From: Eledone cirrhosa
Taxonomy: Eukaryota
Direction: 5' to 3'
DNA length: 64,000 nt
NCBI GenBank assembly: GCA_964016885.1
Contig: OZ024748.1
Coordinates: forward strand, 10,292,001-10,356,000
Below, piece by piece: positions 1 to 13,352 of the stretch. Both the position numbers and the translations under genes were made by a program. Positions within the stretch are counted from its first letter, which is position 1, and every line of letters starts with the position of its first letter. Under the pieces are notes generated by a model that worked only from the letters and a program-made list of their open reading frames with translations, did not search any database and was not told the origin of the DNA.

Positions 1-379
1 ATTGCCTGCTATTTCTAGCAAGTGTAGCAACCATATAGAGGGTGTTTCCCTTGTCTGGTTGATTTAATAGAAGGTAACTTACAAAAACCTCTAACTTTGA
101 GTACCAGTGAAAATCTATTTGGAGATAGATTAAAACCTAACTAAAATTTAAAAAAAGCTCAAATCAAAACAAAGAAATTATCATCATCACCGTCATTGTC
201 ATCATCACCATTGTTTAACATCTATTGTCATCCATTTTCCAGGCTTGCATGGATTAGATGGTCTGTCATGTGATATCACTAGACTGGTCGCGTGACCATG
301 TCCAGCTTACACAAATCTGGGGTTTTTTTCCTTGGTTTCTACAGCTAGATGCTCTTCTTAGTGCCAAACAACACTAATG

Positions 380-570
380 GTAAATATTAATTTCTAATTT
401 AGGACCAAGGTGAAGGGTAAAAATCGATAAATTAACCCCAGTACTTGATTGGTACTGTATTTCATTGGTTTTGGAAGAGTTATAAAGACAATGTTGACCT
501 AGGCGGGATTTGAACTGAAGATGTAAAGAGCAGGAACAAATACGGTAATGGTCTTTTAGCCATTGCTCCA
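380..570 (-). mobile_element. Second tRNA-derived SINE family (TTGCCTTTCATCC...GTCGATAAAATAAAGTACCAGT central domain), decayed copy
   Basis: Similar to better copies at 21240-21430, 41953-42140, 43225-43410 and 56745-56960. Confidence 0.6.
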
Positions 571-1012
571 CTCTTACGTGGTAGCAAATATTAATACCAT
601 TATTGTTGTGGTAGTAGTACTACTCATAATAGTAGATTGACGGTACTAGTAATAGATGTAGTAGTGGTGGTGCTAATAAAGGTCAGATCAGTATGTGAGT
701 GTATATATAATATTTGAATTATCAAACTGCATTAGCAAGACAATCTTTAAAAATACAAAACAGCACTATGACTGCACCACATGAAAAGTTAAAGCCATTA
801 TTCTAATGCTACAAAATTTCCCAATGATCTGTCCAGTAGTAAAGATACTATAAACATTTGAGTTCATAAATCAGATCTTAGATATTTTCTACTAAATCAT
901 AAGATGTTATGAGTTAATTAGAAATAAAATATGGTTTAAAGATTGTTAATAGAAGGGAAAACCAAGAATTATATGAATGAATAATATCAAGAATTGGACA
1001 GACATACATTAC

Positions 1013-1290
1013 AGTGGTGTGTGGCCTAGTGGTAAAGGGTGATGGATTTATGATCATAATGTTGTGAGTTTGATTCCTGGACTGGGTTGTGTTCTTGAGC
1101 AAAACATTTCATTTCGCATTGCTCCAGTGTACTCCTGAAATTGAGTACCAGTAATAGCTGTGGGAGGAGGACTTAACCATGTGATGGACTGGTGTCCTGT
1201 TCAGGAGAGAGTTTTGTTCCCTCAGTTACTTCATGCCATGGAAACGAGGATAAGCATTGGTCTGATAAGCCTCTGGGCTCGAGACATACT
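1013..1290 (+). mobile_element. tRNA-derived SINE with CORE-like domain
   Basis: A box TGGCCTAGTGG and B box GAGTTTGATTCC, followed by the central TTCTTGAGCAAAACATTT...TTGCTCCAGT block shared with other copies in the window. Confidence 0.75.
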
Positions 1291-1739
1291 TTAAGATATA
1301 AGGACAGCACAAGAAAGACTAAGATAATGATCCATGGTGTTAAACCTGTTTCAGAATTGATGATGACAATGATAGTGATGATGATGATGATACCTAGAGA
1401 GGTGGTAAGGGAGAAAGAAACCTCTCGTGAACAATTTCATTCATAAGCCAGCCGATGAAGTTATATCTTCAGGGATCTAACTACAAACCCCATAAAGTAG
1501 GGGAGTGGGTTGGGGTAAGATGACACAAGGAATCACATCAACAAAAGAAACTTAATAAATATTGAAAATATATTTTGTCCATATTGTACACACTTCAGTA
1601 GTGTGTATGTTGGGGGGGGTCTATTATATGCTTTGTCCTCGGGCTCCTTTTGGTATCTCATTAAAATCACAAATATTTAGTATAATATATACATATATAT
1701 ACACACACATACATATATATATATATATACATACATACG

Positions 1740-1935
1740 TACGTACACAAGAAAAGTCAACAAGGAACAATAACACCGGAATACAACACACACAATATCT
1801 TAGTTTAACACTTGATATAATGAGAAACGTTTTAACGTTTCGGACACTAATCCTTTATCAAAGATAGAATGAGAGAGTGAAAAAAGGATGTTCGGAAGAG
1901 AGAAGAAAAAGGATAAATAGGAAAGAAAGCACGTT
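1740..1935 (-). mobile_element. Penelope-like element terminal-repeat remnant with degenerate mini-hammerhead
   Basis: Minus strand TTGATAA-A-GGA TTAGTG TCC-GAAACGTT at about 1862-1834. Similar to 44835-44937. Flanked by (TA)/(CA) microsatellites. Confidence 0.4.
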
Positions 1936-2135
1936 ATTACTTAGCCATTCTACACACACACACACACATACATATATATAGAAGAGATATTTAATTTGTT
2001 GGAAATCCAACAAATATGGATGTTTATCAGTTGATTCAGAGCACTCGACAGATTTCTGGAGTAAGTATTCAATGATATCTTGAACCGTTAAGGTATATTA
2101 TCCTTGGTCATATCAAATATTTATAAAACATTTTG

Positions 2136-2197
2136 TATTTCATCTGATGATAGCATACCAAAATTTTTGGTACCCTTGAAATATATATAATAGAATA
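2136..2197 (+). ncRNA. Type I hammerhead ribozyme-like motif, partly decayed, similar architecture to 18391-18462
   Basis: TATTTCAT-CTGATGA-tagca TACCAAA att TTTGGTA ccctt-GAAA-T ATAT A-TA-ATAGAATA. Stem I pairs 7/8, the stem III loop is palindromic and the base of stem II is mismatched. Confidence 0.5.
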
Positions 2198-2712
2198 AAT
2201 ATGGTTTTATAAATATAGTTTCCATTTATTTAATATCATTGTATATATATATAGCAAGAGAGAGAAAGAATAAGAGTGCTGAGACCACTAATCATGAGAG
2301 TACTCAATGCATGGGGAGATGCAGAGTGGGTATAGAGATATGTAAAAACTTTACATCTCTCTCTCTGTATATATGTGTGTATGTATACACACACACTATT
2401 CATTACTGCTTCACACTATTAAACTACAAAGTATGTGATTCATTACATCAATACTTTGATGAAGCTAAGGGAAAAAAAGAGAAAAATATAAACAAAAGAA
2501 AAATATCAACTGGAGGCAAAACTTCCATATTTGGTAAGATTGCCAAATATAATCTAAAAGCCATATTTTCAGGTTCCATTGTAGAATAAAAATGAAAACA
2601 TACATATATCATGTGATTCTATGAGGCCTGACATGAAAAGACAGACATTTAAACCTTGTGTTACTAAAATACCTGAAACTGCCCTTGGTTTTCTGGTACA
2701 AAAGTGTTTCTT

Positions 2713-2939
2713 TTAACCCTTTAGCATTTAAACAGGCCATATCTGACCAGAATTCTCACCTCTTTCTGTTCAAACCGGTTGTAACTGGCCACTCATACCG
2801 ATGTTAAGATATTGTTCTCAAAATAAATAATATCAAAATCTCATAGATTCGATATTATGCGAGATAATTACGAGCAATTCAGCCTTTACCGTGAAAATAC
2901 AATAGTAATTATAGAGTAATGGAAATGCAAAAGGGTTAA
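2713..2939 (+). mobile_element. piggyBac-type MITE (about 200-230 bp; TTAA|CCCTTTAGCATTTA...TAAATGCTAAAGGG|TTAA)
   Basis: TTAA target site at both ends with CCCTT/AAGGG terminal inverted repeats. About a dozen copies in the window. Confidence 0.85.
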
Positions 2940-4190
2940 AGTGTTTATATTCATCTAAATACTTTACATTATGATTTCATGAAAGAACTATTATGGTAGG
3001 CTTCAAACACCAGATAAATAACGAGAAAGTAAGTTATATTATTACTAAATCCCGCCAAATTTTTGATAAAATTCAAAATTATTTCAAATACCTTAAGAAG
3101 TGTCTTTCATTAGAAATATGATAATGTCGTGAGAGGATGATATGACAGAGTTTGAATAATTAAATATAAGAGGGAAGAAATCAGAGGTGAGATATTGATA
3201 GATAGTGAATTAGACATTCCTTGTCATTTAATAACAAAACTTTCACATAGACTAATACAGGAAACAATTCTGTGTAATATATATATATCAAAACATTCAC
3301 AAAAACAAATACAGCTCCACCACATCAGCTACCTTGTTGGCATGTAATTTCATACTTTAATGTGCAAAATTGCATGCTAACATGGTGGCTGATGAGGGAG
3401 AGATGCAGTTGCCTGTTTGTCTTATGTAATTGTTTTTCTATATGCATTTTCTGCTGATAGATACTATATAAATATATATAAGAAATTCTTAGAAAGTGTA
3501 GGGCTCCCAAATAACTAGCTACGGCCAATTTCTATAGACATAATATATGCAGACAGAGGGTGCAGTGCACCCTACTGCTGCATTAAGTGTGGCCGAAACT
3601 CAAGTCTGGGAACTATTATAGGCACCCGTTTTATGTGTTGTATTGAAGCAAATAACTGTGTATACTCTGGGAATGTTCTACGTTACCTATTGAGTACGCT
3701 GAGATACAACCGGTCCTGGCATTGATAAATATGCTGGATCCGTCAACTCCTTATTATATGTTACTAGTTATGCAACTTAGTACTATATACTTATTATAGG
3801 GATTCTTAACTTAAACTGTTTGGATAGCAAATTTGCTAATTCAACAGTAAGCTTATCCCCGAGAGTACGCAGGCGAAACACCAGAGTAACAAAACTCTAC
3901 CTAGCCATAATAAATGAATATTTAAACACTACTTTGATATTATGTACTCTTTTCTCTCATCCACCAACTACACACGCACACATTATATATATATATATAG
4001 GAAAATGTTTGACCCCGACGGCAGAGTTCAAGCTGTTTCGACAGCTATTTCTGGACTAAATTAGAATTTAGTCCAGAAATAGCCATCGATACGACTTGAG
4101 CTCTGACGTCGGGGTCAAACATTTTCCTATTACCCACTCTACTACCCTAAGTATTAAGTACTCTTGTGCATCCATCTGGTTCCTTACCTC

Positions 4191-4232
<42 letters not shown>

Positions 4233-4674
4233 CAGAAGTCAGAAATGAGTTGAGATAAGGTTGTCAAGGACAGAAATAGTTTTGCCAGATCACATAAAGG
4301 AAATATTTGAAAGAAAACATTCCAGCAAGCTGACACTAAGATCATTGAGTATCATATAAGAAGATAAGATAGAACTTGACTGACAAGATTTACAAGTCTC
4401 AGTAGTGAAGCCATACAAACAGAGAAGCAGATGACAGTAAATCAAGTTGTAGAGTGTTTCAGGACTCTGCTCCAATGACCTTCTCAGGAATAAGTGGGCA
4501 AAGAAGAAAAAGAAAAGAAATATCAACAGCTTCAGTAGAAAATATGGCATCCAGTTTAGCTTAGGCCTGGCCCAGTTATGTTTAGACTGTCTTGTATGTG
4601 AAACTACACAACTTACAAGATACAGGCTGGTCTAATAACTGCAACTAGTTGAATACTCCAATAGCTATCTCGAC

Positions 4675-4684
<10 letters not shown>

Positions 4685-4771
<87 letters not shown>

Positions 4772-4870
4772 AAATGCAGGATGTTCCCCAAAAACATATA
4801 CACACATTACAATGCTGTTCAAATGAGTGTATATTGGGGGGGGGGGGCTCTATATATGTATGTGTGTGTG

Positions 4871-4933
<63 letters not shown>
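4685..4933. repeat. Two long (GA)n tracts (about 4685-4762 and 4873-4933) flanking a MITE
   Basis: Directly visible. Many more (TA)n, (CA)n and (GA)n tracts occur throughout, plus (GAAT)n at 13161-13205 and (AAC)n at 20699-20747. Confidence 0.95.
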
Positions 4934-4937
<4 letters not shown>

Positions 4938-6933
4938 GGAGTTTCCAGTTTACAGTAGTAAGACCTTTTTTTACTTGAGAAAATAGAGTGTATGTAGACT
5001 AGTAAAAATTAAGTGGCCGACGGCTGAGCTCACACTGTTTCAACAATGAGTATGTATATGTATACATATATATATATATATATATGTGTATACATATATA
5101 TATATATATATATATATATGAGGGAGAGATTATTGATTTTCAAACCCTTTCAAAAGAAAACCGAGTCTTTTTTAGAAAGAATATATTTAATAACTTTGTT
5201 CTGTGAAATCTAACAGAATATAAATGGTCTAGAGAAAGAAAGGCAAACTTTGACTTTATGTTCAGTTTAAACAAATATTTTTGTCTGAGGTAGATTTGTA
5301 TCAATAAACTGATAGATAAATCAATGTAATTTAAAATAAATAAAATATAAACAAATAAAAATACAGTACTGATGAAAAACATTATTGTCTCTGATTGAGA
5401 CGAAGCGTGCGTGATGCTTTGTGACCAACAAGCAGCAGAAATAAACATTTTTTTTTTCATAGTTAATACAACTAAATTATATAACAAAGAAATTATTATT
5501 ATTTAAATGAAACAAAATATTTTGGTGCATAACTTATGCAAAATATATGTAAAAATAAAAAAAATTTTAAATGATAAAAGAAATGATTTAATAAAAAAAC
5601 AACTAAATTAAAAGAAATAGAAATAAATTAATGTAGACATCTAATTTCTAAAGTATCCTTAATTAGGTTAAGAAACAAATTGTTTATTAGATTACTTTCA
5701 AAGATAGTTGATATTAAGACCTTAACTTAAGAAATATGAAGATTAAAGTAGTAAGACTAGTTGTAGTTTGTCAGAGGTTAAGTCACTAAATTCCACAGGT
5801 TTTAATAAAAATGATGGAAGTTTTGTTTTCATGTATTTAGATTTTTTATTGTGTATTGACCTGCTACACACTATATATACACATATATATAAAAGAGACA
5901 AAGCTTATCTAATAGAATGGACATAGCTTCAATTGTTTCCTCCCTCACTCAATAATCAATTAAGTTTGTATTATTAAAATTCAAACCCAACTGGTTAAGG
6001 TGCACACATACATTAATCAATGAGGAAGACGGCTTCGTGTGGGTAAGATAATTGAGATACGTGGACCAATGCATTAGTTTCTACGATTCCCATCTACTAT
6101 ATATATATATCTTTGACACTTCTGTATGAGCGAGACACAATCTCCCGACCAAATGGAACAAAACCACCTAACCCATGTTAGCTTGGAAGATAGACGATGA
6201 TCGATATATATATATATATATATATATATGAATATAGTTTTCAATTGACCAGGACACGAACATTGTGTGTATATATATATACACACACACACACACCTAT
6301 GTGCATAGGCTGGTTTTTATATCTTTATATATATGGAGTGTATATGTTGCAATGACTGGGAAGACTGCAATGCATGATGAAATACAGAGTATGTAGAATT
6401 AAAAGGTGTATTCACAACAAACAGCCCACCTGTCCCTATTGGAGGTCTACAAATGTCTTCAGGGGAGTTAGCTCCCCTGAAGACATTTGTAGAATTCAAA
6501 TAGAAACAGATGAAGTCTCCATTGAATCAACACATTAACTAGACATTATATACATACATTGCTTCTATGTTTACATGTCAAGGGCACATTACCTTTTCAT
6601 AGGTAAAAAACACTCAACTATATATATTCCAAGTGTTAAACTAATATATTTCTTCAATGAAGTCATTTGCTTTATTTTTGTTTACCTTTTACATACACAC
6701 ACATAAAATTAACTAAAAGCCCCATGTTTAAGCCTTGACTATTTCATTGATTTAAACGCTAATTACATTCAGAAAGGTGGATTTTGTCCATGCTAATCTG
6801 ACCATCAGCTCATGTACTAGGTCTTCTTTAATATATATATGAATCTAATATTTTATTATAATTGAGTGGGTAATTGTGAGTAAATATGACAAATATTTCC
6901 CATAACCTCTTCTCTCTCTCTCTCTCTCTCTCT

Positions 6934-6974
<41 letters not shown>

Positions 6975-7357
6975 GTTATGGGAAATATTTGTCATAATCC
7001 TGTGTGCTCACAATTATAATAAAATATTAGATTCATAGGAAGAGAATTAAAAAAAGGTTAAATGGTGAGAAATTAACTAAATCTAAAGACAAGTTCCTAC
7101 CCCCAAATCTTAAGCTCACTTCTAAGATGGAACAGAGATTTGTCAGAACTCCAACAGTACCAGCATGAAGCTTTTCCAAGAGTTATGGTTCTTTTCAAGA
7201 AATAAAAAAGCTACAAGCATGCAGTCGAACCACTACCTCATTAATATAATATATATATCGGACCTTCGCAATTATCCTTATTGTACATATACTCCATCAC
7301 AAAAAGAATTATGATATTTGAGTGCTTAAGCCTAATTGCATCACTATTCACTGATTG

Positions 7358-7405
<48 letters not shown>

Positions 7406-9290
7406 CATATATACACTTTTTTAATTCTCAGGTTCTTTGTTTTTTTTTCCTCATCTGAATTACTGCAAGGGACTCTATCTGAGTCCCTAATGCTAGCCAA
7501 ATATATAATAAACCCCTTAAAATATAGTTTTAACACCAGCTTGGCCGTGAAAAAAAAAAAAGCAAGCAGACTTGAAGATAATATGTATGTTTGAGGGAGA
7601 GAATATTTAAGATTTAACTTTTGACATTCTGTAATGATTTAGCAGAAAATATCTAAAAACGGGTTTAAATATCTATATCTTTACTAGTGACAGATCATTG
7701 TAAAAATATGCAGTATTACAGTAAATTTTTTAAATATTTATGTGATACAATCATATTGCTGTTTTGTGCTTTTCAAGAATGGCTTGCTAACGCAGTGTGT
7801 TAATTCAAATGTTTGTATATTTACTAGTGGACAGATCATTGTAAAAATTTCCAGTATTAGAATAAAGATATTAACATTTAATGTGATTCAGTTACAGTGA
7901 TGTTTCGTATTTTTTGAGAATGCCTTGCTACTAATGAGGTTTGATGTAGTACAGGACATTTACAGTCAACAACAGAGCCTAAACCCCCAGCTTTTGACAG
8001 CTGAGTGAATGAACTGAAGTGACACAAGACAAGTGCCTTGCTAAAGGACACATCTCACCAGGTCTGGGAATCAGATCCTCCACTTTATGATTACCCAACA
8101 CCCTAACCACTCAACTGAAGTAAAATACAAAAAATGGGGGTGGTACAGAAAGTTAGAAACTATGTTCCACTCTTATATTGTAATTACATCAACAGTACCA
8201 CTGAAACCCTCATCTCTTTGTCAGACATCACCTCTATATATATATATTTATCTATTATTTTACTGGTTTCAGCCATTAGACTGTGGCCATGCTGGAGCAC
8301 AGCATGGATTTAGTTGCTATCCACCCCAACTACTTATTTTTTCAAGCCTGGTACATATTCTATCAACCCCCTTTTATCAAACTGCTAAGTTGCAGGACAC
8401 ACACTCAGACAACACAGGTTTTTCCACTCAAGGTATTGGTCACCCTGAGGTTATAATAGAAAAGACATGTCCAAGGTCACACCCAAAACTATGATCAGAA
8501 CGACCTGTTCAATAGAAAAGATACTGTAAACATTTCAATTAACAAATCCATTTTTAGATACTTTCTACTAAATTATTAAAGGATGTCAAGCATTAAAAAT
8601 CACTCTATAATATTGATTTCTAATTTTGGGATAGGCCCAGTAAAATTTGGGGGAAAGGGGATGGAGGTAACACCTCGCATATTGTGGGATTAAAAGGATG
8701 GGGGTGACTTCTGTTGGGAGGCCTAATTACAGTTAAAAGAGGATTTGAAATGAAACCTACATTTTTGCCATTAACAAGAAGGAAGAGAGAGATAGTTTAA
8801 CTACATCAACCCCAGTAGTCGACAGGTACTTAATTTTATAGACCCTCACGGGAAGAAGAAAGTGTAGCAAAAGCAAAGGTCTAAAATCTAAATGCTAACA
8901 AGAACATCAGGGAACATGGCTTGTGATAAAATGTCATCATTAACTGATAAATAATTCCATTCCCCCTTCAAAACTCATCAACTACCAAAACATATTACTG
9001 CTTTTTTCTTTTCTTTTTTGACGGGGTTATTGTTTTTACTCCTAAGTCAGAACATAAACAATATGTATATATATATATATATTTCATTTTTTTTTTTTAA
9101 AGCGGACGTAAAATGATGATGATGATATATTTAAAAAACATTACACCCACTTCCATCTCCTTTCCCACCTATTAGTGTAGGAATAACTAGAACACAACGT
9201 TGGGTAGCCACAGTAAAATAGTGGTGAGTTATTGATACTGAAATATATGGCAGATTCTCACTATCTGAGAGCAGAAAATAACAATCAACG

Positions 9291-9342
<52 letters not shown>

Positions 9343-10099
9343 GAGAGAGAAAGAGAGAGAACAATTTTAAGTGGGTTAGGTAAAAAACAAAGAGGAGGGG
9401 GGGGGGGGGTAAATTTTCGAATAATTTAATAATTTAAAAATAAAATAACGATTTACTTGAAATAGCAGCACCACTGACATCTAATGGAGTAGAATTAGCA
9501 ACAACTTTGAAATTGGTTCGTTTCAGAAGAATGAGAGTATAGAAAGGAGGGGGAGGGGAATTCAAGCAGCAGTGATTAATAACGCCTTTCATATCAAACA
9601 GTTAGGTTCTAAACACCAACTTAATAAATAAGAAAGTTAGTTATATGATTCAATCCTTCCAAATTCTGGATTATTTCCAAAAGGATTTATAGGCAATAAT
9701 TTTCATTAGTAACGGAAGGGTTTTAATAAAACACTACTAAAGAGAAAAATAAAGACATGGTGTTTGATTCCTGTTAAATCTGAGAGAAAGCCTGAAAGTG
9801 AGAAAATAAATGTTTACATTGGCATTTCAAAAGAAATAGGATAAATGCAAATTTTTAATGAAGGAGAGAAATATAGAGATGGGGAAACATTTTCTTCTTC
9901 CTTTCTATTATATATATATTTAAAATGTTGTTGTAACAGCAAAACCCCCAGCAGTTGAAAGCTCTGATGTGAAAGTGGAACAATTGTGCATCCATTGTAT
10001 CTGCAGTGAAGAGATACCATCAAAGATCTTTCTGCTACTCAATGATACTGCACATACACTTTCCATATTCCCATAGAAATCACTACACTAAATGTATGT

Positions 10100-10134
<35 letters not shown>

Positions 10135-10494
10135 CATACACAGACACAATGTCCCAAAAGAATGTATACATACTCTGATTACCTGTACAGGCAATATTTA
10201 TTAGAATGCTGAAGTATGTATATATTATTTGGGGACACCCAGAGTGAGTCTGTGTGTGTGTGTGTATATGTACATTGTTGAGTTGTGTCTGGGATTATAT
10301 CTAACCTCATTTAAAAAAAGGTACTCAATACATTGGTAAAGTATAGGCATATTTTATATAGAAATGACTTCTACAGGACTAGAACTCTTTCATTCGTATG
10401 AAATCATCAGGAATGCCCTGGACATTCCTGATGATTTCATACGAATGAAATTTCTAGTCCTGTAGAAGTCATTTCTATATAAAATGTGTGTATG

Positions 10495-10530
<36 letters not shown>

Positions 10531-10765
10531 TCTAAATTGTGCTAAGATTTAAAGAGTATAGCATTTGAATTTTGTTCACTTCTATATCATACACTGTGAA
10601 AAAATCAGGAATATCTTCTTGCTTATAATCAAAACTAACTTGGAGTGAACGGAATATTTATACTGTCCATGACTTCACTATATTATATACATATATAAAC
10701 GCACACATATGTATACACACACACACATACATATATGTATGTATACACATACATTATATATACAA

Positions 10766-10809
<44 letters not shown>

Positions 10810-11068
10810 TGCACATTACTATTCTTCTAAATGACCCTGAAAGCAGATACAAACATTGTTGTCTATGTTGATGTTAAATGGGTTTTTTTTGTTGTCTTTC
10901 CGTTGGTTATTCCATTCACAAAACTTAAATCCAACTCTGGTGTCTTCCTATCTCTTCACACTCACACACCTTAAATAGAAATAAGCAGCCTAAACCTGTT
11001 ATATATATACACATACATATATATATATACATACACACATATATATATATATATATATATACACATAC

Positions 11069-11101
<33 letters not shown>

Positions 11102-11680
11102 CACATACATATATATACATACAGGATGTCCCACAATAAATTTATACACACACAATTTATATATATATATAAATATTTATATATTTATATATATAAATAT
11201 TATATATATATATATATATATAATCTCAATTACTAGGACAACACAGCACTTTGAAAAAATGTTTTTTTCCTTTTTGGGAAAAAAAAATATAACTCACCAA
11301 GACCCCACACATCTCCCTATAAAAGGGTGGCGACCCTTCAACTATTAACTAGGGTATATTAAAGGGAGAAGGAAAGAGAAAATAGCAAGACGTTCCATTA
11401 TAAATGCAATTAATAAACAACAAAAAAAAAAAAAGGTTTGTAGTAGATTTTTTTTTCACACATTTTTAAAGATAAAATTCGTTTCTCAAAGAAGTGTTTT
11501 TTTTTTCCATTCCAATAGGAAAATGTGGTTTCCTTTTGTTGTTTTTATTTGTTTAATTAAAAAGAAAACTAGTTTAAAAGAATTTTACTTAGTAAAAAAT
11601 AATCAAGTTAGGTGTGTGTGCATGCAAGCATGCACACATATACATACATACAATATATTTACATAACAAATATACATACA

Positions 11681-11733
<53 letters not shown>

Positions 11734-12266
11734 CACACCACACACATACAAAAATGTAAATATATACATACATAGAAATATATATATACACATATATATA
11801 TATGTATACATATATATATATACCAGCATAGTATTTACATCCATTATTTTCCACACTAGCATGGGTTGGATGAGACTTTTTGAGGCAGTGTTTCTACGGC
11901 CAGATGGTCTTCAAGTTTCCAACCTATACTTCCTTTATATAAGTAAGGTATACACCGATCATCTGTCGAGAGAATGTACTGCGGGACGTAGTGTTTATGC
12001 TGGACATAAATAAACATCATTAGTTGCTTTAAGCGTTGTCAGTAAATTGACACACTCGCCTCCACACACACACACACATATATATATGCGTGTGTATGTA
12101 TATATATATATATGTATATACATATATACACTAATGTATATATAAAATATATATAATAGCCACACAAAAATGCTGTAGTTAGAAAGACAGTCTCAAATTG
12201 GACGAAGTAAAAATAGTTAAAGAGTTAAGTTATGGTAAGGGAAAAAAAAAAAAAAAACTAACTAGT

Positions 12267-12495
12267 TTAACTCTTTAGCATTTAAACTGGCCATATCCGG
12301 CCCAAATTCTCTCACCTCTTTCTGTTTAAACCGGCTGTAACTGGCCACTTAAACTTATGTTAATGTATTGTTCTCAAAATAAATAATAGCAAAATCTCAT
12401 AGATTTGATATTATGTGAGATATTTATGTAAGGTAAAGTATTTACCATGGAAATACAATAGTATATTTAGAGTAATGTAAATGCTAAAGGGTTAA
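12267..12495 (+). mobile_element. piggyBac-type MITE copy, in or near the cyclin T 3' UTR
   Basis: TTAA ends and collinear with 2713-2939. Confidence 0.85.
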
Positions 12496-13014
12496 GAGAA
12501 AATACTAAATGTTTCCAAGTAATAAAAAAAAAAAAATAAATAAAGCTTTGCATCTATCTAACATCAAATTCTGTCACTACACTAGGCTGACATTGTACCT
12601 CCCTCTTAGGTTATTGATAAAAATGCATGGTTTGTTAAAATGAATGAATAAATAAATACATAAATAAATAAAATATGTGAAAAAATCTATTTCTTAAAAA
12701 AATAAAAAATAAAAAAAAATTCAAAGAGTTGATGTTTAAAGCAGACAGATCAAACAACCAAAGCTGAGAGTTAAACTTGCAACGTAATTATAAAGAATTA
12801 GCTGTAATTATAATAAGTATTGTAATTAAGCTACAAGTTGTGTTCAGAGAGTATATTTGTAGACATTAAATGTAAGTTTGAGATATAGACACGACATAAG
12901 AGAGAAGTTGGGAAAAAAGCTTTCACCTCATAGTTCCTGCTTTTCCACCACCTTCTTCATTGTGTTATCAACCTATGTCCAGCCTTAGACTTAATATGTA
13001 CAAATGTTGGTGAT

Positions 13015-13051
<37 letters not shown>

Positions 13052-13352
13052 ATTATATATATGTATGTATATATGCACTCACACACACATTTGGGTATAT
13101 ACATATATATATACATACATATAATTGTGTGTGCGTGTATACATACATATATATGTATTTGAATGAATGAATGAATGAATGAATGAATGAATGAATGAAT
13201 GAATGTATTAAAAAAAAAATGACCCTGCTTTTCCCTGAAGATTATTTATTAATGGTGAGTGAAGAAACAGGCTGTGTAAAGAGAAAGACCTAGATGTAAA
13301 AATTTATTAGGGGTGGGAAAGTTTAGCTGGAACAATTATGGACTTATCGTCA

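Noticed and set aside
10925-12013. YIYI/HTHT/RERE/SLSL-type ORFs here and throughout the window
   Set aside because: Translations of dinucleotide microsatellites.
11540-13250. Poly(A) signal candidates for cyclin T (minus-strand AATAAA near 13245-13250 and about 11544-11549)
   Set aside because: Too common in AT-rich DNA to pick the real 3' end without transcript data.
13225-13290. CTGAAGA...GAAAC...GTA hammerhead-like string on the plus strand
   Set aside because: Stem II is mostly G-U, stem I is poorly paired, and it is antisense to the gene. Likely chance.
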